A DNA stretch of 64,000 nt from a bacterium (GTDB taxonomy: Bacteria; SAR324; XYD2-FULL-50-16), in contig JAJRZQ010000025.1 in assembly GCA_024275165.1 (NCBI GenBank), positions 50,519 to 114,518 of the forward strand, read 5' to 3'. This document shows, in pieces, positions 17,990 through 28,512 of this stretch. Below the pieces are notes generated by a model. The model was not told the origin of the DNA and did not search any database. It worked only from the letters and a program-made list of their open reading frames with translations. Within the stretch, counting starts at the first letter, position 1; each line of letters starts with the position of its first letter. The translations under genes were made by a program, and so were the position numbers.

Positions 17990-19033
17990 ATGAACCACAG
18001 CACCAAGGAAAAGAAAAATCTGAATTGGAAAAACTTAGGTTTTTCATACATTAAAACCGATTGGCGTTTTACCGCCTTGTGGGAAGACGGGAAATGGAAC
18101 CAAGGGGAATTGGTCCGCTCCGAGGTGATGAACCTCCATGAAGGGAGCCCGGTTTTGCATTACGCCCAAAGCTGCTTTGAGGGGTTAAAAGCCTTTAGTA
18201 GTCCCGAGGGCAAGGCGCTGCTCTTTCGCAGCAACCTGAATTGGGAACGGATGAAAGAAACCAGCGCCCGTTTGATGATGCCTGAAGTTCCGGAAGAACT
18301 TTTTATGCGTGGCCTCATTGAGTGCATTAAGGCCAACGAGGCCTGGATTCCCCCCTATGGATCGGGAGCCAGCCTGTACATTCGCCCCATGTTGATCGGG
18401 ATTGGGGAAAATCTAGGTTTAAGACCGGCTTCGAAATATGAATTTCGGATTTTCGCCTGCCCTGTAGGCCCTTATTACAAAAGCGGGGGGTTGAGTTTGA
18501 TCCGGCTCGCGGTAACGGATTTAGATCGGGCCGCCCCCCAGGGAACCGGCGCGGTAAAAACCGGCGCCAATTACGCCGGGGGGCTGTTGGCTACCCATCG
18601 CGCCAAGGAGTTGGGCGCCACCGAGGCCTTGTATTTGGATTCTTCACAACGCCGGTATTTAGAAGAGGCTGGGAGCGCCAACATTGTGCTTAAGATGACT
18701 CGGAATCGCTTTGTCACCCCTAGTTCCAGCAGTATTTTACCGAGCGTAACCCGCAAAAGTCTGATGGTTTTAGCGGAACAGGAATTGGGGTTAACCCTGG
18801 AAGAGCGCCCTGTTGACCTGCGCGCCGAAATAAATGAAATCGAAGAATTCGGTGCCTGCGGAACCGCTGCGGTACTGAGCCCCGTCAGTCATGTCTTGCT
18901 CGATGGCCCCTGGCACGCCTTTTACAAAGAAGGTCAAGAGGTCGGGCCGGTGATGCAGCGGCTTTACCAGACTCTCACGGCCATACAAAAGGGGGAGCAA
19001 GAAGACAAATACGGCTGGACTCTGCTCATTTAA
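17990..19033 (+). CDS. ilvE: Branched-chain amino acid aminotransferase
   Basis: LHYAQSCFEGLKA, YIRP, KTGANYA (PLP Lys), EEAGSAN, ILPSVTRKS, GTAAV. Start at ATG 17990, not 17783. Confidence 0.93.
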   Translation: MNHSTKEKKNLNWKNLGFSYIKTDWRFTALWEDGKWNQGELVRSEVMNLHEGSPVLHYAQSCFEGLKAFSSPEGKALLFRSNLNWERMKETSARLMMPEVPEELFMRGLIECIKANEAWIPPYGSGASLYIRPMLIGIGENLGLRPASKYEFRIFACPVGPYYKSGGLSLIRLAVTDLDRAAPQGTGAVKTGANYAGGLLATHRAKELGATEALYLDSSQRRYLEEAGSANIVLKMTRNRFVTPSSSSILPSVTRKSLMVLAEQELGLTLEERPVDLRAEINEIEEFGACGTAAVLSPVSHVLLDGPWHAFYKEGQEVGPVMQRLYQTLTAIQKGEQEDKYGWTLLI

Positions 19034-19172
19034 GGCAAGCTCCGGCCTGAGTTCTCCAGGTTTTTGCGAGCAAAAGTTTTTTGTTGCTTTTGCTTCAGGG
19101 CAGCGGCAACACCCCTCTTCTTGAGTCTCGACCAAAGGAGAAGGTGACCTTTTAACTCAGCGAAATTTGTTG

Positions 19173-19364
19173 ATGAAAGCAATCAAAGTCAAATGCCCCC
19201 AATGTAAACGCTTGACCTCTTGGGAAAACAACCCCTATCGCCCCTTTTGCTGCGAGCGCTGCAAGCTAATTGATCTAGGCCATTGGGCCGATGGCTCGTA
19301 TAGCCTGCCCGCGCAGGATGAAGCCCCTTCCAAGGAGGAAGGATACCATGATGATGAAATTTAA
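19173..19364 (+). CDS. yacG: DNA gyrase inhibitor YacG
   Basis: CPQC...RPFCCERCKLIDLGHWA. Confidence 0.92.
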   Translation: MKAIKVKCPQCKRLTSWENNPYRPFCCERCKLIDLGHWADGSYSLPAQDEAPSKEEGYHDDEI

Positions 19365-21228
19365 ACTTTTCTTTTTTTGCCTGCTTTTGCTGCCCGCCCC
19401 CCTTTGGGCAAGTTATGCGCCCGGGCAAAAGGTGGTTTCCTTTCAAGCCCACCTCGACCCGGTAAACACGCGGGAGGGGGAAAACCTACGCTTGGTGGTT
19501 AAGGCGCGGATCAAGCCGGGGTGGCATATCTATTCGGTGATTCCCCAAGGGGAAGACGCCCCGCCTCCCACAAAGATAGACTACCGGATTTTGCCCTTTG
19601 AATTCGACGGCCCCCTCTATGAGACCAAACCGGTAAAACGCTTTGACTCGGCTATTGGGCTCACTTTAGCCTACCACGAGCAGCAAGCCGTCTTTTATCA
19701 GAACTTTTGGGTTCCCGATGTGGATTTAGGCCCTTGGGACCTAGAAATCATTATCGTCTATCAGGCCTGCGACGCGCGCATCTGCCTGCCTCCCGTGGAA
19801 GAGACCCTGAGGATCCCCTTTGTGATGGAAGAAGGGGATATGCGAGAGGAGTACAAATCCCCCCAACGAGATATCGACCCGCTCTGGTCGAAGGGCATGG
19901 GCGGCACGGAGGCAAGCACCATCTGGGCCTTTTTGGGTTTGGCGGTCATGATGGGGCTCGCCAGCCTGGTCATGCCTTGTGTCTTCCCCATGATCCCCAT
20001 TACGGTGACCTACTTTTCCAAACAAGCAGAAGGGAGCCACCGCCGCTTGCTGAAGCTCTCGGCCCTGTTCGGCTTAGGCATCATGGGAACCTATACCGGT
20101 TTAGGGCTGGTGATCGCCGGTCTGTTCGGCGCCGGAACCGTGACCCGATTCGCCACCAATCCTTGGGTCAACCTAAGTATTGCCGGGCTTTTTATTCTCT
20201 TTGCCTTAAGCCTAATCGGACTGTTTCGGATTGATATTCCCGCCTCTTGGCAAAGTTACTTCGACCAGAAAGCCAGAAAGCTCGGTGGGGCCACCGGGGT
20301 TTTGCTGATGGGTTTTACCTTTACCCTAACCGCCTTTACCTGCACGGTGCAATTCGTGGGCACCTTGATGATCGCCGCCGCGGGGGGGGAATGGCTCTGG
20401 CCCTTGGTGGGCATGCTGGTGTACTCTTTTGTCTTTGCCTTTCCCTTTTTTCTCTTGGCTCTAGCCCCGGCCTTGGTGCAACGGATGCAGGGCAAATCAG
20501 GGGAATGGATGGGCCGCAGCAAGGTGGTTTTGGGTATCTTGGAGCTGGCGGCAAGTTTAAAGTTTATCTCCAACGCGGACTTGGTCTGGCAGACCAACCG
20601 CTTAAGCCGAGACTTAAACCTGCAAATTTGGTTGGCCCTTTTGGGGGTCATTATTCTCTACCTGCTGTGGACGGGCTTGCGCCCTAAGCTTAATCGCTCT
20701 TTATGGCAATGGACAGCGGTCGGGGTTTTTACCCTCTTGCTCTATTGGACCAGTCAGGGGTTGGGCAATCATAGCTTGGGGGGAGTGGTCGATAGTCTTT
20801 TGCCGCCTCCTTCGGGCACGGCTCGTTTGAGCGGCGACTTTGCCAGTAAAGAAGAGGTGGAAGCCCTAACCTGGTATGACGACCTCGATTTAGCCTTGCC
20901 CGCGGCCGCCTTGCGGGATAAACCGATCTTTGTGGAGTTTACGGGCTACACCTGTGTCAACTGCCGCTGGATGGAACAAAATGTACTGGCGCAAAAACAG
21001 GTTCATGAACAACTCGCGAATGACTTTGTTTTGTTGCGCCTTTACACTGATGGAGGGGACCAGGCAGAACGCAACCAAGAGATTCAAATCTCGCGCTACC
21101 GCACCGTGGCCCTGCCGCTCTATGCCATTATCGACCCAGAGGGGAGGGACTTGCGGCATTACATCGGCATGTCGCCGACTCTAGAAGAGTTTATCGCCTT
21201 TATGCGAGGGGATACAACTAAAGAATAA
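19348..21228 (+). CDS. dsbD: Thiol:disulfide interchange protein DsbD (three-domain)
   Basis: Signal peptide, N-domain QACDARIC, TM domain MPCVFPMIP and FTCT, thioredoxin domain FTGYTCVNC. Confidence 0.88.
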   Translation: MMMKFKLFFFCLLLLPAPLWASYAPGQKVVSFQAHLDPVNTREGENLRLVVKARIKPGWHIYSVIPQGEDAPPPTKIDYRILPFEFDGPLYETKPVKRFDSAIGLTLAYHEQQAVFYQNFWVPDVDLGPWDLEIIIVYQACDARICLPPVEETLRIPFVMEEGDMREEYKSPQRDIDPLWSKGMGGTEASTIWAFLGLAVMMGLASLVMPCVFPMIPITVTYFSKQAEGSHRRLLKLSALFGLGIMGTYTGLGLVIAGLFGAGTVTRFATNPWVNLSIAGLFILFALSLIGLFRIDIPASWQSYFDQKARKLGGATGVLLMGFTFTLTAFTCTVQFVGTLMIAAAGGEWLWPLVGMLVYSFVFAFPFFLLALAPALVQRMQGKSGEWMGRSKVVLGILELAASLKFISNADLVWQTNRLSRDLNLQIWLALLGVIILYLLWTGLRPKLNRSLWQWTAVGVFTLLLYWTSQGLGNHSLGGVVDSLLPPPSGTARLSGDFASKEEVEALTWYDDLDLALPAAALRDKPIFVEFTGYTCVNCRWMEQNVLAQKQVHEQLANDFVLLRLYTDGGDQAERNQEIQISRYRTVALPLYAIIDPEGRDLRHYIGMSPTLEEFIAFMRGDTTKE

Positions 21229-21241
21229 CAAGTTGACGCGC

Positions 21242-21763
21242 CTATTTAAGGGCATTGTCTTGGAGTTCAAAGAGTTGTTCCAGTTGCTTGTCGCTCCGCT
21301 GTTCGCTGCTGAACCTCAAAATGACGGGCCGCACCAAGTCTAAATAATCTTGGGTCGAAAGCCGCAAGAGGTCGTTGAGATAACCGGTGTTGCAGGTCAT
21401 TTCAGCCTGCTTTGCCAAGGCCTCGGCCAAAAAGACCTTCATCCCCCAAAGGACCCCAAAGGGGGGGGAGGCCCCAACCTCGCAATCGGGAAAGCGGTAC
21501 ACGAATTCATCCTCTTTGACCAACTCCACCAGCTTAGCCCGGGCTCCTTTACGAATTTGTTCCAAGTCCGCCTGCATGGAGGCGGGCAACACCGCCATCA
21601 CCAATTACCCATCAAGCCGCAAAATCAAGGTTTTAGCCAATGCCCGACCCGATACATGCGCCGCTTCGGCCACTTCTAAGGCCGTATAAGCGGGGGAATG
21701 CAGAATCAAGCGGTATTTAATGCCCTTTTTATCTAAAAAGCTTTTTAATTTTTCTACAATCAT
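21242..21763 (-). pseudogene. YbaK/EbsC/ProX-family aminoacyl-tRNA deacylase interrupted by an in-frame TAA at 21605-21607
   Basis: A single frame reads ...[26 protein letters not shown]...CEVGASPPFG. Both track ORFs (21605..21862 and 21242..21604) are in the same frame. Confidence 0.85.
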
Positions 21764-21783
21764 CATACCTCCAATTACAACTT

Positions 21784-22032
21784 CTAGCCCCACTTTTGGG
21801 CAAGGTAGTTGTAGATCAACGCAAAACAGAACCCCCCAACCAGAGCGTCGAGAAAAGCCCAAACCAGGCCGATTACACTGCCCAAGGGGCTGACTTGGTA
21901 ACCAAGATAAAAATTTCCGACCCAGTTCAGGCTAAAATCGCCCTGCCACAGGGCGAGCCAGGTCAAAGTAAACAACCCCGCTCCCGCAAAGAGCCCACAG
22001 GTCAAACCAAAGGCTTTTGGATGGAGTTTCAT
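21784..22032 (-). CDS. Small two-TM membrane protein of unknown function
   Basis: 82 aa with two hydrophobic segments ([11 protein letters not shown]..., [14 protein letters not shown]). Confidence 0.7.
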   Translation of the reverse strand: MKLHPKAFGLTCGLFAGAGLFTLTWLALWQGDFSLNWVGNFYLGYQVSPLGSVIGLVWAFLDALVGGFCFALIYNYLAQKWG

Positions 22033-22107
22033 GAGTTCCTCCTAGATTTAAATCCGCATAATTACCTATGCTTAACCTAGCACAATCACGAAAGAAATGA
22101 AAATATT

Positions 22108-22743
22108 TTATTGAGGTAAATCAGCGTAAAATTGACAATAGGTCTGGATACAGCAGTCGTCGCAGAGTGGTTTTCTAGCTTTGCAGATATAGCGACCATG
22201 CAAAATCAGCAGGTGATGCGCTTTGGGGCGAGCCCATTTGGGCACCACCTTGAGCAAGCTGGGTTCGGTGCTTTGGGGATTTTTGGTTTTCACCAGTCCC
22301 AAGCGGTTGGAGAGGCGAAAGACATGGGTATCCACCGGGATGGTGGGCTCTCCAAAGGCGATGTTCAAAACCACTCCCGCTGTTTTGGCGCCCACCCCGG
22401 CTAGGGCTTCCAGTTCCTTTCTGGTGTTGGGGACTTGTCCTTGATGTTGTTCGACTAAAGAGCGGCAGCAGCTTGCCAGGTTTTTGGCCTTGCCGTTAAA
22501 GAGGCCGATGGATTGGATGAAGGGGCGAATCCCCTCTTCACCAAGCTCCAGCATGGCTTGAGGCGTAGGAGCTCGGGCAAAGAGGGCGGGGGTGACCCGG
22601 TTGACCGATTGGTCTGTTGCTTGGGCAGAGAGGATGACCGCCACCAGCAATTCAAAGTGATTGCCATATCGCAGGTCCGATTGAGGGTTCGGGTGGGCGG
22701 TGTTTAAGGCTTGAAAAAGGGCCTCGATTGAATTGGCGTTCAC
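22108..22743 (-). CDS. nth: Endonuclease III
   Basis: LLVAVILSAQATD, HhH LAGVGAKTA, VDTHVFR, Fe-S motif CKARKPLCDDCCIQTYC. Confidence 0.96.
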   Translation of the reverse strand: MNANSIEALFQALNTAHPNPQSDLRYGNHFELLVAVILSAQATDQSVNRVTPALFARAPTPQAMLELGEEGIRPFIQSIGLFNGKAKNLASCCRSLVEQHQGQVPNTRKELEALAGVGAKTAGVVLNIAFGEPTIPVDTHVFRLSNRLGLVKTKNPQSTEPSLLKVVPKWARPKAHHLLILHGRYICKARKPLCDDCCIQTYCQFYADLPQ

Positions 22744-22748
22744 CTTGA

Positions 22749-24137
22749 TTACTCCTCTTCAATCATCGCGTGGACTACGGCCAAAGCCTTGTCTGCGTCG
22801 ATATCCCGAATGGCGCAGGAGATGTTGATTTCACTGGCCCCCTGGCTGATCACCTCGATATTGATCCCCGCCTCGGCAAGTCGGCTAAACATCCTGCCCG
22901 AAACTCCCACCTTGTGCCGCATCCCGCGGCCCACTAAACTTAAGATAGCCATGTTTTTTTTCACCGTTACTTGCCCTAGGGTTTTCAACTCCTCCAAGGC
23001 GGGCTGAAATTCCTGATGCTCGGCTAAGGTCATGGAGATATTGACCTCGCTGGTAGCGATCATATCAATCACGATTTCATGCCGATTTAAAACCGTAAAC
23101 ACTTTGGTCATAAACCCATAGGCCATCAACATACGGTTGGAATAAAGGTTGATGAGGGTGACCCCTCGCTTGATCGTCACCGCCGTGGGGCGGTGGTCTC
23201 TATTTTTTTGCGTTAGGGGCCGAGGGTCGATTAAGGTGCCTGGTTTGGAGGGGTCAAAGGTGTTTTTGATGCGCACGGGGATCAGTTCCCTCGTCACCTG
23301 TTCCATGGTAAAGGGATGAATCACCTCGGAACCGTAATAGGTTAGTTCCAAGGCCTCTTCCGGGCTGATGGAAGGTAGCACCTTGGCGGTTTTCACCTTA
23401 TTGGGGTCCGCGGAAAAAATTCCATCCACCTCTTTCCAAATCTGCAATTCCGTTGCCTTGCAACCGGCAGCGATTAAGGCGGCGGTGAAATCGGTATATC
23501 CTCGACCAATGGAGCGGATAATCCCCCCCTCGACAAAGCCAAAAAACCCAGTGATCACCGGCACCTTGCTCCCGCACTCCGCTAAGCGCCCGCAGATTTC
23601 AGTTTGCAGGTAAACGCAAAATTCAAGACTTACTTCTTTGAATTTTTTGGAAATTATATTTTCTAGATTGACAAACTCCGCGTCAACCCCCAAGGAGTTG
23701 AGTAAGGCGGTAAAAATTCTCGCTGCCAGCTTTTCGCCTAGACTGACAATGACATCGTTGCTGCGAGGGCTGATCTCCCCAATCACCGCGATGGCGTCCA
23801 AGAAAGATTTTAATTGATGAAAATCCTCACGAACCTCTTCTTGGACCAGCCCTTGAATTCGCCGATCCTTCACCGCTTCTTGGATGGTGGATAAATGCCG
23901 CTCTTCGAGATGGTCGATAAACTTATAATAGGTGCCCCCATGAATCGCCGCCTCGGCAGCGGCTAAGAGCTGGCTGGTGGTGCCTTCGGTCTTGACTTTG
24001 CTGCTCATGGCACTGAGAACGATGGCGACCTGATTCCCCTCTGCCAAAGTGCTTTTGACAATCTCCGCCACATTTATTAATCGTTCCGCGGTTCCAATAG
24101 AGGTTCCGCCGAATTTTTGCACCAACAATTTTTTCAT
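22749..24137 (-). CDS. lysC: Aspartate kinase with two ACT domains, Hom3-like subtype
   Basis: QKFGGTS, GRGYTD, WKEVDGIFSADP, ELTYYGSEVIHPFTMEQV, ISQGASEINIS. Confidence 0.93.
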   Translation of the reverse strand: MKKLLVQKFGGTSIGTAERLINVAEIVKSTLAEGNQVAIVLSAMSSKVKTEGTTSQLLAAAEAAIHGGTYYKFIDHLEERHLSTIQEAVKDRRIQGLVQEEVREDFHQLKSFLDAIAVIGEISPRSNDVIVSLGEKLAARIFTALLNSLGVDAEFVNLENIISKKFKEVSLEFCVYLQTEICGRLAECGSKVPVITGFFGFVEGGIIRSIGRGYTDFTAALIAAGCKATELQIWKEVDGIFSADPNKVKTAKVLPSISPEEALELTYYGSEVIHPFTMEQVTRELIPVRIKNTFDPSKPGTLIDPRPLTQKNRDHRPTAVTIKRGVTLINLYSNRMLMAYGFMTKVFTVLNRHEIVIDMIATSEVNISMTLAEHQEFQPALEELKTLGQVTVKKNMAILSLVGRGMRHKVGVSGRMFSRLAEAGINIEVISQGASEINISCAIRDIDADKALAVVHAMIEEE

Positions 24138-24210
24138 TTCTCTATCAAAAAAAGAGTTAACAAGACCGAGTTGAAAGGGGCTCTTTCATTGTGTTTCGCA
24201 GGGGGAAGGC

Positions 24211-26739
24211 TTATAATTCTTCATCATAGGCCGCTTCTCCGGCTGAAGGTTCCGCCTCCGGGGGGAGGTCGTCGATCTCTTGTTCATGGCAGGCCACGGG
24301 CGCCGTTCCCGCGGCGAAATATTCAAAATAAGCGGTGGGGTTGCCTTCGCAATCGAGCAGGCCCGTTGAGGGGACGACCTTCACCATTTGAATGCTATCG
24401 GGCTGCCTAAAGGGCTCGATCGGGTAATTGGCCACCGCGGATTGCATATAGTTCAGCCACACGGGCAAGGCGGTACGGCTCCCCGTTTCGAGTTCGCCGA
24501 GCGTTTTATGATTGTCGTCAAAACCCATGTAAACCCCGGTCATGAGTTGCGGCACCATCCCCATAAACCAAGCGTCGGTATAGTTGTTGGTGGTGCCCGT
24601 CTTGCCCGCTACGGGCCGCCCCAAGGCCCTGGCCCGCACGCCCGTACCGTACAGCACCGCGTCCCGTAAGGTAATGGTGGTTAAAAAAGCCACATCGGGG
24701 TCTAAGACCTGTTCCCCTTCTTGGGCAAGGTTTTCTTCCAAAACCTTGCCGTCCCGGGTGGTTACCTTACGAATATAACGGGGGTAAACCAGCTTCCCCC
24801 CATTGAGAAAAATCGCATAGGTTTTTACCATCTCGGCCAAGGTGACGCTGGCCGTGCCTAAGCCGATGGTCAGGTCGTCGGGCAATTCGGCCTTCATGCC
24901 CAGCTTGCGGGCATGCTCAATGATCCGTTCCGGGGTCAGACTCATCGAAAGGCGAATGGTGGGGATGTTTTTCGAATGGATCAAGGCCTCTTTTAAGGGC
25001 ATGCGCCCCTTAAATCCCTTGGAAAAGTTGCCGGGCCGCCAATCGGAACCCTTAATCACCAAGGGGGTATCTTCCAAGGGGGTAACCCGGGTATAACCTT
25101 CTTGAAAAGCCAGAGAATATAAAATCGGTTTAAAACTACTCCCCGGCTGCCTGCGCGACTGGGTCGCCCGATTGAATTCGCTTTCGCGAAAATCATAACC
25201 GCCGCTCAAGACCCGGACCCCTCCGCTGAAGGGCTCCATGGAAAACAAGGCTCCATTGGCTTTGGGCCGCTGGTACAAAGCAAGGGAAAAGGCCTGGGCC
25301 GAGGGCAAATAGTCATCCACGGAAAGCTCGATCACATCCCCTACTTTTAAGATTTTACGCAAATCTCTCAGTTTGGTTTTCCAACTCAGAGGATGCTCGT
25401 AATCCACCGGCCTGGCCCATTCCATCCCCCGCAGATAAATCGTGCCTTGATGTGGGCCCAACTCCACCAAGGCTTTGGTCGCGGAAAGCTCTGAAACCAC
25501 ACCCGTTACCTGACCCCCAATGGTAAAGTGATTGGCTTGGGTCAATTCTTTAAGCTTGCTGGAGTAAAGGTGTTCTGCATGTTGTTTTTCTTCGGCAGGC
25601 AAAGCGTCAAAGCGGGCCTGGTTGAGCCCCGTCTCTTCTGCGAAGAATTCTTGGTCCATGGCGAGGTTCACCTCTTCCCAGAGATTGCCCATGGGGCCGC
25701 GGTAGCCCTGGCGCCGATCATGGGCGTCCAACCCGGCTACCAAGGCCATTTGCGCGGCAACCTGCTGCTCTAAATCCATCTCGGTATAAACTTGCAAGCC
25801 CCCTTGATAAAGCTGCTCCATGCCGTATTGATCGAGAATATACTGACGAATATGCTCTGTATAATAACTCGCTTCGTTCGCGTCTTGGTTTTTATTCAGT
25901 TTGAGGCGAATGGGGGAGGATTTCGCCTCCAGATACTCCACTTTGGTGATGAAATTCTCTTTGTACATTGCCGCCAGCACGAGGTTGCGCCGTCGGAGAG
26001 CGTTTTTTTTGCTGGAAGTCGGTGCCCAGCGGCTTGGGGCTTGGGGCAGGCCTGCCAGTAAAGCCACTTCTTGCAGGTTTAAGTCGCCCGCGCTTTTGGA
26101 AAAATATCCCTGCGCCGCTGCTTCTAAACCATAAGAGCCGTGGCCGAAGTAGGTCTTGTTTAAATAAAGTTCCAAGATTTCTTTTTTGGTAAAACGCATC
26201 TCCATCTGCACGGCAAGCAACAATTCCTTGATTTTGCGGATCAGCTTTTTTTCCGTACTCAGCAAAAACATCTTGGCGGTCTGCTGGGTTAAGGTACTGG
26301 CTCCCTGCACAAAGCTCAAATGAGCCACATCCACAATCAAGGCCTTGATGATGCGGATGGGGTCCACTCCGAAGTGATAATAAAAGCGGCTGTCTTCAAT
26401 GGCCAGCAAAGCTTGGATCATCTGGGGGGGGACCTGTTTATAGGGAATCAAGACCCTGCGCTTGGTGTAAAACTCGGTCACCAGGCGGCCATTTCGATCA
26501 TAGACCTGCGTGGGCAGGTCGTATTGGGGGCGTTCTAATTGCTCTAAACTGGGTAAGGTCAAAGAGAGGATATACAAAAAAATCAAGAGCAAGGCCGTGC
26601 CCACTAAGGTAAACCATCCCATGGTCAGCAACAGCGCGGCCCGCTTGGGCTTACGGCGCTCTAGGGCTAAAAACCAGGCCCAATAGGGCGCTGTTTTTTC
26701 TACAAGTAGGGCCTTGACCCTGAAATAATAGTTCTTCAT
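24211..26739 (-). CDS. mrcA: Penicillin-binding protein 1A
   Basis: Transglycosylase motifs AIEDSRF, QGASTLTQQ, RKIKE, LYLN; transpeptidase motifs RQPGSSFKP, SKN, GKTGTTN. Confidence 0.95.
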   Translation of the reverse strand: MKNYYFRVKALLVEKTAPYWAWFLALERRKPKRAALLLTMGWFTLVGTALLLIFLYILSLTLPSLEQLERPQYDLPTQVYDRNGRLVTEFYTKRRVLIPYKQVPPQMIQALLAIEDSRFYYHFGVDPIRIIKALIVDVAHLSFVQGASTLTQQTAKMFLLSTEKKLIRKIKELLLAVQMEMRFTKKEILELYLNKTYFGHGSYGLEAAAQGYFSKSAGDLNLQEVALLAGLPQAPSRWAPTSSKKNALRRRNLVLAAMYKENFITKVEYLEAKSSPIRLKLNKNQDANEASYYTEHIRQYILDQYGMEQLYQGGLQVYTEMDLEQQVAAQMALVAGLDAHDRRQGYRGPMGNLWEEVNLAMDQEFFAEETGLNQARFDALPAEEKQHAEHLYSSKLKELTQANHFTIGGQVTGVVSELSATKALVELGPHQGTIYLRGMEWARPVDYEHPLSWKTKLRDLRKILKVGDVIELSVDDYLPSAQAFSLALYQRPKANGALFSMEPFSGGVRVLSGGYDFRESEFNRATQSRRQPGSSFKPILYSLAFQEGYTRVTPLEDTPLVIKGSDWRPGNFSKGFKGRMPLKEALIHSKNIPTIRLSMSLTPERIIEHARKLGMKAELPDDLTIGLGTASVTLAEMVKTYAIFLNGGKLVYPRYIRKVTTRDGKVLEENLAQEGEQVLDPDVAFLTTITLRDAVLYGTGVRARALGRPVAGKTGTTNNYTDAWFMGMVPQLMTGVYMGFDDNHKTLGELETGSRTALPVWLNYMQSAVANYPIEPFRQPDSIQMVKVVPSTGLLDCEGNPTAYFEYFAAGTAPVACHEQEIDDLPPEAEPSAGEAAYDEEL

Positions 26740-27818
26740 CAGAGCAGATAAAGGTGGTTCGCGTGGATTACGATGGTGTTTTGAGGTTTATGCTTTTGCA
26801 GCCATTGGCCGATCTCCGGACTTGCTTGGTTGACCAAACCGGCACCGAGACGAATGCCCTTTTCATTTTGAATCAAGACGACCTCTTTAGCGGCAAAATC
26901 CCCCCGGGCCTCGATTAAACCAACCGCCAAAAGGCTTTTTCTTGCTTTAAGGGCTTTTTCCGCGCCGCCATCAACGACTAAGGTGCCTTTATTTTGCGCC
27001 GCGGTCTGCACCCATTTGCCGTGAGCGGTCAGCTTGAGCCGCTTGCCTTGGGGGCGGAAATGCGTTCCTCCCCTTCCTTGTTGAATGGCAGAAAGGAGGC
27101 AATGGGACTTTTTCCCCGCTGTTACCCGGGTGGGGATACCGTAAGAGGTCGCCAGTTCGGCCGCTTTGAGCTTCGAATACATCCCCCCCGTGCCGCCCTT
27201 GGCAAAACTGTCTTCACACATGGCCCACATCGCGGGGGTGATCTCTTCCACCTCTTCAATGAGGGTGGCTGCGGGATGAAGATGAGGGTCGGCGGTAAAA
27301 AACCCTTCAATATCACTTAAGATAATCAACTGATCGACTTCCAGCAAGATCGCCGTTAAGGCGGCGAGTTGGTCGTTATCCCCAAAACTGTATTCGGCGT
27401 ACGAAACCACATCGTTTTCATTGATAATGGGTAAAACCCCGTGGGCGAGCAGGTTTTCTAAAGTGGTTTTGATATTGTTGTAGCTGGTGGGGTCGTGAAA
27501 ATCCTTCCGGGTCAGCAATGCCTGGGCGGGCATGACCCCCTGCTCGCGCAGAAAGTCGCCATAGACTTGAAAGATTCGCCCCTGGCCCACGGCAGAGAGC
27601 ATCTGTTTTCTGATCAAGGGATCTTGTACCGTCGAAAATTCAAAAAACTCCCGCCCTGCTCCGTTGGCCCCCGAACTCACTAAAACAACCTCATAACCCT
27701 CTTTTTTCAAGGTGAGGATCTGTTCGGTCAGATCGGCCATGATGTTGTAATCGAGGCGACCATTGGCACGGGTCAATACATTGGTTCCCACCTTGACTAA
27801 AATTCTATCCTTCTTCAT
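26739..27818 (-). CDS. proB: Glutamate 5-kinase
   Basis: VKVGTN, VSSGA, INENDVV, FGDNDQL, GTGGM.SKL.AA, C-terminal PUA domain. Confidence 0.95.
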   Translation of the reverse strand: MKKDRILVKVGTNVLTRANGRLDYNIMADLTEQILTLKKEGYEVVLVSSGANGAGREFFEFSTVQDPLIRKQMLSAVGQGRIFQVYGDFLREQGVMPAQALLTRKDFHDPTSYNNIKTTLENLLAHGVLPIINENDVVSYAEYSFGDNDQLAALTAILLEVDQLIILSDIEGFFTADPHLHPAATLIEEVEEITPAMWAMCEDSFAKGGTGGMYSKLKAAELATSYGIPTRVTAGKKSHCLLSAIQQGRGGTHFRPQGKRLKLTAHGKWVQTAAQNKGTLVVDGGAEKALKARKSLLAVGLIEARGDFAAKEVVLIQNEKGIRLGAGLVNQASPEIGQWLQKHKPQNTIVIHANHLYLL

Positions 27819-28371
27819 GACTGGGCTCTAAGGTTTGCGGGGTCGCGGTGGACTCTAAGAGATCAAAATCCTCCGGTAGGGGGAGGTCTTGAAGCTTTTG
27901 AAAACCAAAAACCTCTAAAAAGAGCTTGCTCGTGCCGTAGATCAGGGGCCTACCGGGGATGTCCTTCTTGCCTTGAATCCGAATCAACCCCTTATCCAGC
28001 AAACTTTTTAAGGCATAACTGGCATCTACCCCACGCACCTCTTCCACCTCCGCTTTGGTGATCGGCTGCTTGTAGGCCACCACGGATAGGGTTTCCAAAG
28101 CCGAAACACTTAAACGCAAGGGTTTGATTTCTTTCGCTTGTACAATCCAAGGTTGGAAGGCTGCCAAGGTATGCAGCAGGTACCCGTTCGCGGTTTTTTC
28201 CAAACAAAAGGCGCGGTTGTGCTTTGCGTAAAACTGACTCAATTCCTCTAGCGCTTTTTTCACCTCGGTTTTTTCCGCGCCGGAAAGTTTACCCAATTCG
28301 GCTAGAGTTAAAGGTTTGGCATGAGCGAAGAGAACCGCTTCGATAATCTGACTGACAGGGGGCGCGACCAA
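27805..28371 (-). CDS. scpB: SMC-Scp complex subunit ScpB
   Basis: IEAVLF, LSVSALETLSVVAYKQPITK, RGV, PGRPLIYGT..FL..FG. Likely TTG start at 28371 behind GGAG. Confidence 0.92.
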   Translation of the reverse strand: MVAPPVSQIIEAVLFAHAKPLTLAELGKLSGAEKTEVKKALEELSQFYAKHNRAFCLEKTANGYLLHTLAAFQPWIVQAKEIKPLRLSVSALETLSVVAYKQPITKAEVEEVRGVDASYALKSLLDKGLIRIQGKKDIPGRPLIYGTSKLFLEVFGFQKLQDLPLPEDFDLLESTATPQTLEPSHEEG

Positions 28372-28512
28372 GTCTTCTCCTTTGAAGATGCATCCTTGTT
28401 TTTCTATCAGCCTTTCATTATCTTCGTCCAGAGCGCAAAGGCTCTGCATGGACAGAAGCCCCACTATCGGGTAGGTTAAGGAATCTTTAGGCAATCTAGA
28501 TTGAGAAAAAGC

